Assembly (NCBI GenBank): GCA_013239625.1
Contig: MU054338.1
Span: forward strand, 1,676,001 to 1,740,000
DNA from: Lama guanicoe
Lineage: Eukaryota
DNA length: 64,000 bases
Reading direction: 5' to 3'
Part shown: piece by piece, positions 1 to 11,900 of the stretch
How positions within the stretch are numbered: position 1 is the stretch's first letter
Layout: each line of letters opens with the position of its first letter
Position numbers and translations under genes: made by a program
Notes under the pieces: generated by a model
The model's input: only the letters and a program-made list of their open reading frames with translations
The model's database searches: none
Told to the model about the DNA's origin: nothing

Positions 1-19
1 CTGCCAGGCCACCGCACAG

Positions 20-800
20 GTCAAACCACGTCAGTCTCGACACCTCAAAGTCAGAACGGTTTGCAGGTGGCGAGTAGGTGGAGGGGAGGAGGGGCTGGAG
101 GAGGGCAGGCCGAGTGAGGAGGAGAGAAACCGAAACGCGAGAGTAATGTCTGACTCAGCAGAGGTGCTGCCCACACGGGATCTGCCCCGTGAAAAATGAG
201 AAATCCAACGCCACGCAAGGGCAGACGCGCGAGCCAGGGTGACAAAGCGGCGCCGGGGGGCTTTCTGGGCTCGCGCATGCGCGCATGCACACACACGGGG
301 TGGGGTGGGGGATGGGCGTGGGGTAGGGGGTCGGGGTGGCGGTGCGGGCGTGGGTATTCCAGCGGGGGCGGCCCGCCCGGCCCCTCCGTGGGAGCCGAGG
401 GTAGGGCACATAAGCTCCCAGGGAGCCGCGGGTCGGCGACGACGCGGACACACGCGGCTGCTCACGTGGCCCCGGCCGCAGGCGCACCTGTGCTGTCTTG
501 GACTCACTCCAGAGCCAGGAGGCGGGACCCTGGCAGAGCTTCCCTTGCTTCCGCCGGACATCCCACATCCCGGGCCAGGGCGCTCTGTGGCGGGAGCGGT
601 TGGCGACGGGGTCTCCAGCTGCTGCTTCTCCTGCGAAGAGCTTGCAGGGGGAGTCCCAGAGCCCCTCCCCGGGTGGACAGAAGCACAGGGCACGGTGGCC
701 CGGGGCCTCTCAGGTCTGGGGTTTACTGGCATCCTCTCGCGGGGCCGGGCCTCCATCAGGTGCCTGCAGGCCTGGGAACCCGGCCCAGACCTGAGTGCCT
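20..800. promoter_or_regulatory. Intronic CpG island; candidate enhancer or alternative promoter
   Basis: CpG-dense. ISRE-like GAAACCGAAAC 126-136, ARE/MARE TGACTCAGCA 151-160, NRF1 GCGCATGCGC 273-282, E-box CACGTG ~463 and G-run tract ~297-345. Confidence 0.55.
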
Positions 801-834
801 GCAACCCAGCCACACTTCCTTCTGCAAACTTTTA

Positions 835-1365
835 AAAAATTGAGGTGAGATTTGCATAAAGTCAAAGTAACCATTTTAAACTAAACATTTCAGTAGCGCT
901 GAGCACGTTCACAATGCTGTGCAACCACTACCTCTACCTAGTTCCAAAACTTTCTCAAAAGAAACCCAGTCTGTGGCATCAGCAGTCACTCTCCCACCCC
1001 CTCCCCAGCCCCTGACAGCCAGGAACCCCCTCTCTGTCTCTGGATTGGCCTGTTCTGGACGCCTCACATCCATGGAGTCACAAACTGTGTGTCCTCCTGT
1101 GTCTGCTTCTCTCCCTGAGCGTCGTGCTCTCAGGGTCCGTCCACATGGCAGTGGGTGCTTTCCTGTTCACAGATGAGTGATGCTCCGGTGTGTGGAGGGA
1201 CCACATATGCTTATCCATCCATCTGCTGAAGCACATTTAGGTTGCTTCCACCCTTCTGGCTGTTGTGAATCATGCTGCGTGGACATGACTGAATGTGTGT
1301 TTGTTTCAATGTCTCTTCAGTCCTCTTGGGTACGTACCTAGGAGTGACCTTGCTGGGCCACCTGA
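835..1365 (-). mobile_element. L1MB-type ancient LINE 3' end with GC-shifted core
   Basis: L1MB hallmarks (AACCATTTTAAA...GTGCAACCAC...CCAGCCCCTG...TGTTCTGGAC...TTATCCATCCATCTGCTGA); core shared with other copies in the window. Confidence 0.8.
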
Positions 1366-2419
1366 CTCCCTTTCCACCTTTGCCGTTCCTAAAATGCCCT
1401 GACCGTGCCTCCCCATTCTGCACCCCTGCAGCCGCCCTGCCAACAAAATAAAGCCCCAGTATCAGCAGGCTCGTTGGGGGGGTGGGAGTGCCGGCACGTG
1501 GTCGTTTCTCAGGTCACACCAGGCCCCTCTCTGTCTCTATCCCCCAGGGCCCTTAGGACGAACTTCCCAAAGGAGCAGTGGGCTCAGGGCAGGTGGCAAG
1601 TGCAGGTTTGCAGATGCCCCGCGGCGAGGCCCTGCTGGAAAGAATCCTGGGGGGATGTGTCAGGGGAGGGGAGGAGGTGAGAAGGCCACTGGGCTCTCCC
1701 CAGGTCAGCAGAGCTTCTCTCTGGGGAACTTTCTGCCTCGCTGCCGCCCCAGGAGGAGGCCGGTCAGCGCTTTCTTAGAAAATTCTTTGCCCTGTAGGTG
1801 GCGCCAGCGGGCACCTCCCGCAGCCTCAGTCAGCGAGGCCAGGGTCCCAGAAAGCCAGGCAGGAAGGAGGTGCCCCCCTACGGCACTCACTCCCAGCCCC
1901 AGACCCACAGGGCTGAGTCTGGTGCCTGGCGTCTGGTGCAAGGCCTCTGGAAATGGGAGAGGATGCATTTCTGTTGTTCCAGCTGCTCGGCTTGGGTACC
2001 TTGTTACGGCCGCCCTTGCAAGCCAAGACACTGGTTCAAACGCTCAGTGGCCTTCAGAGCCCAGGGCCAGGGGCTGTCAACCCCAGAACATTCCGGTGGG
2101 GCCCTGGCCATGCCGGGTCTCCAGCCCCAAACCCTCGGGGGTCCATGTTGTTGGATGGAGAGGATGACGCTTCGGGGAGGACCTGACAAGGGTCTCAGCC
2201 ATGGGCTCGGGCAGCCGAGGATGAGCAAAAAAAGACCAGCTGGAGCTTCTGCAAGATGTCGTCCCACCAGAATGGGCCTGGCCGAGGCGGCGGGCACGCT
2301 TCTCCCTGCTGTTTTGGATTCCGTGCAGCCAAGGGTGCGCACGCCCGTGCTCTGAGCACTTAGTTTGAGACTCTGAGTTCCCAAAAGGCAGCAAAGGGAG
2401 GAAACTCAAAGCCGAGCCC

Positions 2420-2990
2420 TCGGGCCGGGCGGAGGGCCAGCTGGGAGAAAGGCCACAGCGGTCCTCAGACACTGTCGCCCCCCAGCTCAAGCTGGTGGCG
2501 CTGGCGCTGGTGCTGGCGACGTCCTGCTCTGAAACTACTGTGGAGCCGGCTCCGTTCCCCGCCCACCCGCCGGCTTTCCGAGAAGCGGGGGCCCCCGGGT
2601 GCCGGCCTGGGCTGCCCCTCCCCAGACCGTCAGCAAGCCAGTCGGCCGAGTGATCCGGCCCCTGGCGAGACAGCCTGGAAACGCACGGTGGGAGACGATG
2701 ACCCAGCGGCAGGATCGCGAAGGTCTCCGCGGGCTGACTTCAGGGGAGAGGAATTCCGCCGGCGGGTGTCTAGACTGCGGTGCTGCCGGGACGCTGGACC
2801 CGGGAGAGAGCCGCGAGCGCGCGGGCGGGCTGTGCTGCCACCTGGCGGCCGCGGCTGGACGGGCCGCACGGCGACGGCGCAGCGGCCTGTCAGGTGGACC
2901 CCAGGTGTCGGGACGACAGCAAGGGACAAGGCTGAGAGCGTCCTGCTGGTGAAGGGGCAGGCCGTGCAAAACCTTCATCAGTTTAGGGCA
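2420..2990. promoter_or_regulatory. Intronic CpG island with a CTCF-like motif
   Basis: CpG-dense unique sequence. The reverse complement of 2833-2851 is CGGCCGCCAGGTGGCAGCA, close to the CTCF core. Confidence 0.5.
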
Positions 2991-3824
2991 GGTGAGGCCC
3001 CCGAGTTAGGGGTCCCACGGACACACAGGAGGCTGTGCGCTCCATGACCGTCTGACCTCCGAGGTCCTGAGACGCTGCATATTTAAACACACACCTGAGT
3101 GGGTGGGAAGGGAGGGGACCGCAGACGTTGGGGGACACCCTGGCTTACACCGTCAGACCCACTGGGGTTTATTCTAGAGTCTAGCCTGAGTTACAGGTCA
3201 GATTCAGTATTTGCCAAATTATTAATGTAGGCTTTCTCCCTCGAGGTCCTGTGAAGGTGGGGGCTGGGCCACTCTCTGTGGGGCTATCCCAGGCACTGAG
3301 GGGTGTGCCCGCGGGGGGCACCACGGCGGGGCCTCTGCCACCTGAGGGCCCTGTGCCTCCAAGCAGTAAGCTGGAAAGTTGTGAGTTACAACTGCACGGC
3401 TGTGCAGGTGAAGATGCACCAGGCTGGGTTATTATATGCTCATTAAGATATTCACTTTCAGTCAGCTGATTTTAAAAGCAGTGAAGTGGCCCTGGGCACA
3501 GGCCTCTGGGACGGGCGGCTACGTCCGTGCTACTGGGACCACCTCGGTTGAAAGGGTGCTTCTCCCAGAGGCCTCTCCCCTCATCACCCCCACTCTCCAC
3601 AGCCTGTGAAGGCACAATGTCCCTGGGGCCACGTTTGGGAGCCAAATCAGCAGGAGAGACAGACGGAGGGAGGGCGAGAGGACAGATCCCACAGGGCGGC
3701 TAAGTAAGCTCACACGGTGAGCATTCCGAGTTCCCTGAACAGGCACACGCTCCCTCCCCCCCAGGTCTGTGCTGGGGCCCCTGCCCAACAGGGCCTGTGT
3801 GTGTGCGTGTGTGTGAGGAACTGC

Positions 3825-4385
3825 GTGTAACATAGAAGCTGCCATTTTCACCATTTTACACTGTTCAACTCAGTGCCATTTGTGCAACCATCTTAACTGC
3901 AGAACATTCTCATCTCACCAAAATGAAACCCCATCTCTGTTATCAGTTACCCCCAGCCCCTGACAGCCAGGAGCCCCCTCTCTGTGTCTGGGGACTGGCC
4001 TGTTCTGGACGTCTCACATCCATGGACTCGCACACTGTGTGTCCTTCTGTGTCTGCTTCTCTCACTAAGCATTGTGCTCTCAGGGTCCGTCCACGTGGGA
4101 GCGGGTGTCAGGGCTGCTCTCCTGGTCACGGCTGAGTGATGCTCCCGTGTGTGGAGGGACACATGTGTTCATCCATCATTGGTTGATGGACACTTGGGCT
4201 GTTCCCTCGTTCTGGCTGTGGCGGGTCATGCTGTGAGCCCGTGGGTACCAGTGTCTGTGTGCACGCCTGTCTCCTGCTCCTCTGGGTGGGGACCTGGCAG
4301 TGGGGTGGCTGGGTCACATGGTAGCTCCACATTTAACTGACGGAGGAACCACCGACTGTCTTCCATCCGAGGGTGCACATTAGTC
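3825..4385 (-). mobile_element. L1MB-type ancient LINE 3' end with GC-shifted core
   Basis: Same hallmarks; 61 nt identical to the copy at ~47 kb. Confidence 0.8.
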
Positions 4386-7300
4386 CTCTATGGCCAAGGT
4401 GCCCCCCTTCCATTTTAAATGAGCTCCTGCTGGCAGCACGGCCGAGGACTGCCCGGGGTCTGACGGGTGCCGTCAGCAGAGCTGAAATTTGCAGCCATGA
4501 TTCTCGCTGTGTTGTGAGGATTTGCTGAGATCGCATTTGGTGCGCCCGGAGGGGTGGCCCTCAAGAAATGGGCACTGGCTGGCCCTCACATCCTTACAGT
4601 CACCCAAGAATGTGCCAGGCTGGGCAGCGGCAAATCCCACCTGCCTTCTGGGTGGCCATGGCAAGGCCACCATGTTGCGTTCCCTGTCACCAGCAGGGGC
4701 GAAGGCAAGGCAGAGAACTCCTGAGGGGGGCCTGCTAATGTCACTGCTGCAGGGCCGACGGCACTGGCTCCTGGGCGACCCAAGGTGACTCGACGTAGCA
4801 GGAGTGTTCACGGGCCACTGGTGACATCCCAGCTGTGTCATCCTCAATGGATCATCTCCCTGAGACACGTTATGTGGCGGTTCGGAAGGACTGGGGTGTC
4901 AGTGGAGGGAGGGGGCGGCATTTAAGGATGATCTGGAGTGAGGAGACTTCGCTGGAAGGGGACCCCGAGCACAGACCCTAAAGAAACGAGGGGCAGCGAT
5001 GAGGACATTTAGAGGAGACGTGGTGGCAATGGGGCAGCTCGTGCAAATGTCCTGGGCCGAGAAGACGCTGCCGGCGGGAGCGGGCGGCCAGGCCAGAGGC
5101 TGACAGGCCCTTGGCCACTGTGAGCTGGCTTTAACCCTTGGGACACTGGGGAGGGGCTACAGGGTAGGGGCACATTATGTGATTTGATGTGGCTTCGAGG
5201 GCTGAGCTGAGCTGGCGTTTCTTTTCTCCACGGGACACAGCCCTGACTCAGTCTGGAGGTGGGGCCCTGACTCCCTGTCCACCTCCCCCACCCGGAGCGT
5301 GCTGGGAACAGGCGGCACCCCAAGAGCTCCCCCCCCCGGGACCAGGCGGGAGCTTCCTGGAAGCTGCGGGCCAGTGGCCATGGAGCGGCCTGCTGACATC
5401 ACCATGCAAGGCCGCGGCCATCAAGACCCTGGGCTGCCGTGGAAAGGCTCTGAGGAAACGGGGACAGGCCGTCAGGATGATGTGACCCCTCTCCTAGCCC
5501 CATGTCCCGTGCGGGACAGGGTCCTGTTCGTGCAGTGGGTGCAGAAGCTCCGGACAGGATGCATTTCCTGCAGACAGGCAGTGACCTGGGCTCCCGACTC
5601 ACACCCAGCGCCAACTGAAGACAGGGTCACACCAGCTTCCTGGCATTATCCAGGGACACCCGAGACCCAGATCGTGAACTCTCGGGTCTGGAAGGGGTCC
5701 GGAGCCAGCAATGGGTGGGGCATTCTTCGGGGTGGTCCTGGGTACTGGGGGCTGTGAACAGCACCCTTGGTCCCCTCCCGCTGGATGCTGGGAGCAGCCC
5801 TAGTACTGTGACCACAGGTGTCCCCAGACGTTGCCTGGTGTCCCCTGGGGGCAGGACCCCACCCGATGTGACCCCTGTCTTGGTCCAATAATAGAAGTGC
5901 CTTTGGAAGCAGCGGTCAGACCCTGCGTCCGGGCCCCGCGCCTGCAGCGGACGTGTTGGAGGAGCAGAGTGGGGAGCGTCGGGCGTTGGCTCCCGGGCTG
6001 CGGCGCGTCCAGGCTGTCGGCACGGATACTGAGAGTTCTGCCTGCCCAGTCCCTGGAAAGCACAGCTCTCAGCCCTTCCGCTGCATGGCCAAGGAATCCA
6101 GCAGAGTCCTGGGCTGAGTTCCTGGCACCACGGTCACAGCGGCTCCGCGTGACCCCAGGCCTGTTCCCGGCAGGTGCTGGGAAAGCGACCGGCTGGCCCG
6201 GCGGCTCTCGACTCCACCCTTAGGGGGCCGGGACTGCAGGCGGCTCTCACCGAGGGGGCAGTCCAGGGACACTTGTGGCTGTCATGACTGGGGGGCCCCT
6301 GGCCTCTAAGCATAGGGACCAGGGAGGCTGCTCCACACCCTGCAGAGCCCGGACGCCCCCTGCAGAGTGGCCCGGCCCTGGTGTCCACAGCGCCGAGGGT
6401 TGGGGGGACCCTGGGCTACTGTCTAAGGAAAAGACCGGATCTGCTCCCTGCTCACGCTAGACACCAGAACAAACTCCCGACGGTCAGACGGTGCGAGCCA
6501 GTGTGTCCCCAGCGTCGGTGGTGGCCTCCTCTGCCCCCGCCCCACTCGGGTGTGTGTTCTGTCTGCAGGGCAGGGGCGGGGTTGGGAGGCTATCGACCCT
6601 GGTCCCCACTCAGGTGGTGGGTGAGCCGGGCCCCAGAGGCCCCGTGCTGGCCACCAGGCTGCGAGCATGCCCCTGGAGGCCGCCCCACCGGCAGCCGCGA
6701 CTTCCCCGCCTTCCTCTGGTCAGCCTGCCCAGCACGGGGAAGTAAACGTGGACCGGCACCAGGGACAGCGGCTTGGCCTCGACACAGGGGGAGCCCACAG
6801 GGGACGTGGCCCTGCCCGGGGAGGGGGGGAGGGGCCTGGTGCCCCGACCTCGGAGCTGAGCCAGGTCCATGCTCTGCTCTGTCTGGAATCTCGTAGCCAT
6901 TTTTAAACCAGGGGCTCGGGTTTTCGTTTGGGACCAGACCCTGAAGATGCTGTCATCGGTCCCAGAGCTGACAGATGAGGGAGTTTCCGAGGTCGTGTGG
7001 CCACCAGCACCCAGGGGGAGGGCAGGGTTGGGGTACGGGCAGGTGGGGAAGCCCAGTGTCGTGGGCACTTGAATTTCCAAGCGGGGAGTGACTGAGAGTC
7101 CTGCCTGAGAGCAAGCCGGCTCCAGACCCAAGCATCCCGCTTGAGCAGGGACTGGACTCGATGTTTTCTCCAAATAATTAACACAAGGTCTCTCCCCTGG
7201 GCGCTGCTGACATCAGGACCAGGCCATCCTCTGTGGGGGGCATCCTGGGCACTGGGGGTGTGGAAATGCGCTCTGGCCCCACCTGCTCGATGCCAGGAGC

Positions 7301-8759
7301 CCCCCCATCACCAGAACCACAGATGTCCCAGACACACCCAGTGTCCCCCAGGGACACAGTCACCCCAGCTGAGACCCGCTGGCTAGGACGAGGGAGCTGG
7401 CTAGGACCCGGGGAGGCGAGCTGGCCCGTGTCGGGGCAAGGCCGACTTGCCACGGCAGCTCTGACCCTGCTGCAAGTCTTGGGCCCTTCCGCAGGCCACC
7501 TGGCAGCCACACCTCACGACAGTCCACTCCCTGCCTGTCGCCTCCCGCCACCTGCCCTGCAAGCCCCCGCCTCCAGGGAGTCCTCAGTGCCCTGCCTCCT
7601 GCCCCCAGTGCTCTTCCCGCTCCCTCGGGGCCAGCGTGGACGGCCTCTCCTCCGGCACCCCCTGGACCCCCGGTTCTTGGTCTGTCCCTCCACTTGGCCC
7701 CACCCGCCAGCACTCTCCTAATTCCTGCTCCTCGTCCTTGTTTGCTGGGTATCTGCTAGTGCTGTGCTTGGAGGGTGGGGCTTTATTCCCCGAGTCACCA
7801 CCGTGCCTGGCACCTATGACCGTCCTTGGCCCGTGCTGGGCACCGGATCAGTATTCTGACCAATGGCCGGACCCACTGCAGCTTCTCCAGCCACTGTCCC
7901 CGGCGCGATCACTGGGGCAGAGGGCAGAGGTCCATCCTCACCCTCCTCTGACTAGAGTGCTCGACCACACAAAACTTTGGTTCTGTCCTATTCTTTTAAA
8001 CAAACATTGACTTTGAAATAATTTGGGGCTCACAGAAAAGTTGCAAAGACAGCGGAGACAGGGCTGTCTGCCCCTCACTGCCCACCCTCCCCTAGGGCTC
8101 ATGTGTCACAGCGGGGAAACTGACATGGGGACACTTTATTCAGATGTCACTAGTTCTCCCCCCACACTTTGTTGAGTCGTCACCTCTCCTTGGTCAACTC
8201 TGGGCTGTGACAGCCTCTTGATTTTTCCCTGCCATCTTCTCACTAATTATTTGTTTTGAAAAAAAAATTACTTCTCATTAAAAAAGTCATTAAAGGTTTA
8301 TTATTGTTATTTTTAAATGAATTAATAAACATTTAAAATTTTTCTCAGTTTTAGTTCTGAATCCAGTAATTTTTGATAACTATAACCCGCATAAGACAAA
8401 AGCTCTTTGGAAACTTCAGGGCCAAAAAGTCGGAGAACCTCCATCCTACTCTGGCCTGAGGGCCACATCCAGCCCTTGGCACATTTTTGGAAAGGAAGCT
8501 TTCTGGGCACGTGGCCACGCCCAGTCGAGCAGGCATCCTCTCCCGCCGCTTTTAAGATACAAGGGCAGAGCTGAGCAGTTACAGCAAAGACTGGCCCGCA
8601 AACATGAAAATACCCAAGGCCTGGCCCTGTCTAGAAGTGTAGCAAGTTTGTCACTCGTGCTCGTTTAAGATCAGGCCAAAACCTAATTAGGGTGTAGGGC
8701 TCCCACAGACGTCAGAATTCCATGGAAACATCCATCAGGTAACATCTTGCAAAAGCAAA

Positions 8760-9115
8760 CACCACTGTGGACAATCATTCAGTCACGAAAAGGAGAGAAG
8801 CTCTGAGACCCGCTCCCACATGGATGGACCCTGAGAACATGACGCTCAGGGAGAGAAGCAGACACAGAAGGACACGCAGCGTGTGAGTCCATGGATGTGA
8901 GACGTCCAGAACAGGCCAGTCCTCAGACACAGGGAGGGAGCTCCTGGTTGTCAGGGGCTGGGGGAGGGGGTGGGAGTGACTACTGACAGGGTGGTGGAAT
9001 GTTCTAGAATCAGTGGTTGCATAACTAAGTACTAAAATGTCCTGAATTGCACACTTTATAGGATGAATTGTATGGTGTGTGAATTACATCTCAATAAAGC
9101 TGCTATTTTTAAAAA
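8760..9115 (+). mobile_element. L1MB-type ancient LINE 3' end
   Basis: TGGATGGACCCTGAGAACATGACGCTCAG...GTCCAGAACAGGCCAGT...ATCTCAATAAAGCTG. Confidence 0.8.
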
Positions 9116-9864
9116 TGTTTTTAACTTGCAGAATTAAGGAAAAAGAGCCAAAGGCCTGTGCTCTGGCTGCAGGACACCCACCCGCTGCTCCATTTCTCTC
9201 CACGCGGGGCCTCTGGATCACTGGCCCACCTCGCAGCGCCCCCTCAGATGTGGTGACAGCTCTCTCCCCATCCCTCCACTGCACCCTAGAGCAGGGCCCA
9301 TGTCACCCTGAGTGGTCGCTCATGCCGCAAGATCATGCTATAAAGAAGGGGAAAAGTCAAAGCTGCTTCCCCTCGAAGCAAAGTGGAAAGATCTCGGGCA
9401 AGAAGCCAAGGCTTTCAAGCAGTTATAAGCAAAAGGGAAGGTTTCCAGGAAATGTGCCCGCTCCTAGTGGGCCGCGAGGGCCACGGTGCCAGTCACCCTC
9501 GGGCAGGGGGCTGCGGTGTCTCCCTCTGCTGCCCCGGCCGGCCACTGGCGTGGCGCGCAGAGCAGGCCTGCAGGGTGGACGCACTGGCTCCACTGGGGGC
9601 TGCCCTGCTCCCGGCCCTGGGGACCCCTGCGGCCTCTGCTGAGGCCTCTCTGCTGCGATCCACAAAGGCGAGGAGGCCCCCTCACAGCAGCGCGCGTGGG
9701 GCTTGTGCAAACAGGGGCCCCTCCACGGAGCTTCAGTTGGTTGCAGCCCCCAACCCCGACTGGGGGCCCTGCCCCCTTTCCCTCCCACAACCCTCAGGCC
9801 CTCACTGAAGACTGAGTTTAACCCACGTTCCCCAAAATTCATTTCCATCTGGAACCTCAGGAGG

Positions 9865-11015
9865 TGACTGGCATGAACTGAACTGTGTTCCTCCAAATCC
9901 CCACGTGGAAGCCCTGTGCCCCGAGGCCACAGCCTCTGACTGTAGTTGGAGATGGCAGTCTTTAAAGAGTGGATGAAGGTAAAACGGGGCCTGAGCCGGC
10001 GGGACTGGGCTCCCTACTAGAAGAGGAGATCGGGACACAGACACGCAGGCGGGGAGAACGCGCGGGGATGCGGGAGAGGAAGTCCGGCCCGCAGCACCGG
10101 GGGAGCGCGCCTGGGGTTGACGGCTCCGTCTGTGGAGGCTGGGCTGTGGGCAGCTTGAGCAGACTAGCGCCGTGACCTTACTTGGAAATAGGGTCTTCAC
10201 AAGGGTCAACAGTCAAAGTAAGATAAGGTCGCGCTGGAACAGAATGGGCCCTGGCCCAGCGCAGGTGTCCCTGTAAGAAGAGGAGAGGTGCACAGAGAGG
10301 TGGGGAGGAGGGCCCCGCGGGGACAGAGGCGGAGCCTGGCGCCCCCGAAGCCAGAAGCGGCAGGATGGCTCCCCCACCCACCTCTGAGCCTCTGGAGACA
10401 CCCTGATCTCAGGCGGCTGGCCTCCGGACTGGGAGCACCGATGTCTGCGGTTCAGAGCTGCCCCGTCTGCTGCGGCCGCCCAGGATGCCGACCCCCTCCC
10501 CACACCCTGACTGTCTGCTGAAGAGCCAGGCCGTCCCAGCCTGCCTGCGAGACACCCCTCCGGCAGGCAGAGCGGCTCTTTTGTCCACCCTTGATCTCAA
10601 AAGCACTTCCAGTGCCCCGAGGGAACTGCCACGTGGACAGCTTCTGTCTAACGTTTACTTTTGATAGGATCCATCAGTCCATCCGCGCTGCTGTCACAGA
10701 AGCCCCAGACTGGGGGCTCCTCGCCATCTGGGAGGCTGGAAGCCAGCGATCAGGCGCTGGCACTGTGGGTTCCTGGTGGGAGTCTGCCTCCTGGCCTGGG
10801 ACGGCTGCCTTCCTGCTGTGACCTCGTGCAGTGGAGAGGGCGCTCTGGTCCCTTCCTCTCCTTATAGGGACACTAATCCCATCCAGGGGGCCCCACCCTC
10901 ATGACCTCACCTAACCCAGATCAACTCCCAAGGGCCCCACCTCCAAACCCTGTCCCACTGGGAGTTAGGGCTTCAGCAGGTGAATTTGGGAGACACAAAC
11001 ACTTGGTCCACAATA
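9865..11015. mobile_element. Cluster of MLT1-type LTR fragments
   Basis: TGAACTGTGTTCCTCCAAATCCCCACGTGGAAGCCCT; GTGACCTTACTTGGAAATAGGGTCTT; TTATAGGGACACTAATCCCATCC...GAATTTGGGAGACACAAAC. Confidence 0.7.
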
Positions 11016-11349
11016 TAGGGGTAGGTTATTATTAAACACCAGTGTGTACAGGCCAGGGGCCAGGCGCAGGATGGGTGGGTCACCTGTGGCTCCATACTAC
11101 TGGCAGGCCCGGTCGCCTGGAGCTAATGGGCTGCGAGACACACTTTGCACCTTTTGAATTCTTGTACTGCAGCGCATTTATGCAAAAAGCCTATTATTCT
11201 TCCTAGGGGTGTGTGGGCGCGAGTGAGGGTGGGTGAAGGGAGAGCCATGTGTTGGCCCAGCTCCCTGACTCTGCAGCTCATACTGGGCTCCCCACTGTCT
11301 GGGAGGCAGACAGGTGACCTGCAGGCTGGGGGCCAAGGGGTCAAACCAG

Positions 11350-11866
11350 AACCAAAAGATGTTTCACACCCCAAAGAATTGACAGCAGGATCTCAGACAG
11401 GTAATCACACACCTGTATTCACATCGTGATTCATAGCAGCCAAGAGGTGGAAGCCACCCCGGTGAGCATTGAGGGGTGATGGATAAACACACGTGGCCCA
11501 TCCATACAGCAGGATGTGGCTCAGCGTTAAAGAGGAAAGAGATTCTGACACCTGCTACAACACAGATGAACCCTGAGGACACGCTGCTCGGTGCCATAAG
11601 TCAGACGTGGAAGGACAAATGATCCCACTCACAGGAGGACCCAGAGGAGGCACATCCACAGAGACAGGAAGCAGCCGGCGGGGCTGGGGCTGGGGGAGGG
11701 GAGCGAGAGTGATGGTTTCGTGGGGACAGAGCTGCAGTTTGGGAAGATGAGGAAGCTCTGGAGATGGTGGGGGGGTGGTTGCACAACAACGTGAATGCGC
11801 TTAATGCCACTGAGCTGTGCACCTACAAATGGTTAAGATGGTGAATTTCATGTTACGTGTATTTCA
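11350..11866 (+). mobile_element. L1MB-type LINE 3' end, followed by (CA)n at 11867-11900
   Basis: GAAAGAGATTCTGACACCTGCTACAACACAGATGAACCCTGAGGAC...GGTTAAGATGGTGAATTTCATG. Confidence 0.8.
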
Positions 11867-11900
11867 ACACACACACACACATACACACACACACACACAC
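11867..11900. repeat. (CA)n microsatellite
   Basis: Seen directly; one interruption. Confidence 0.9.

Noticed and set aside
2985..2996. Plus-strand donor-like CAG|GTGAGG at the edge of the CpG island (antisense exon)
   Set aside because: A single motif with no supporting acceptor or start; not enough to call a transcript.
3923..4162. Recurring similar short peptides in the ORF track (e.g. HTREHHSAVTRRAALTP) as a gene family
   Set aside because: They are translations of the homogenised L1MB 3' UTR core, not coding sequence.
6610..7173. Minus-strand ORF containing AAAATGG..MATRFQTEQSMDLAQLR as an alternative coding first exon
   Set aside because: The only nearby donor (GAG|GTCGGG) is weak, there is no recognisable homology and no promoter evidence.
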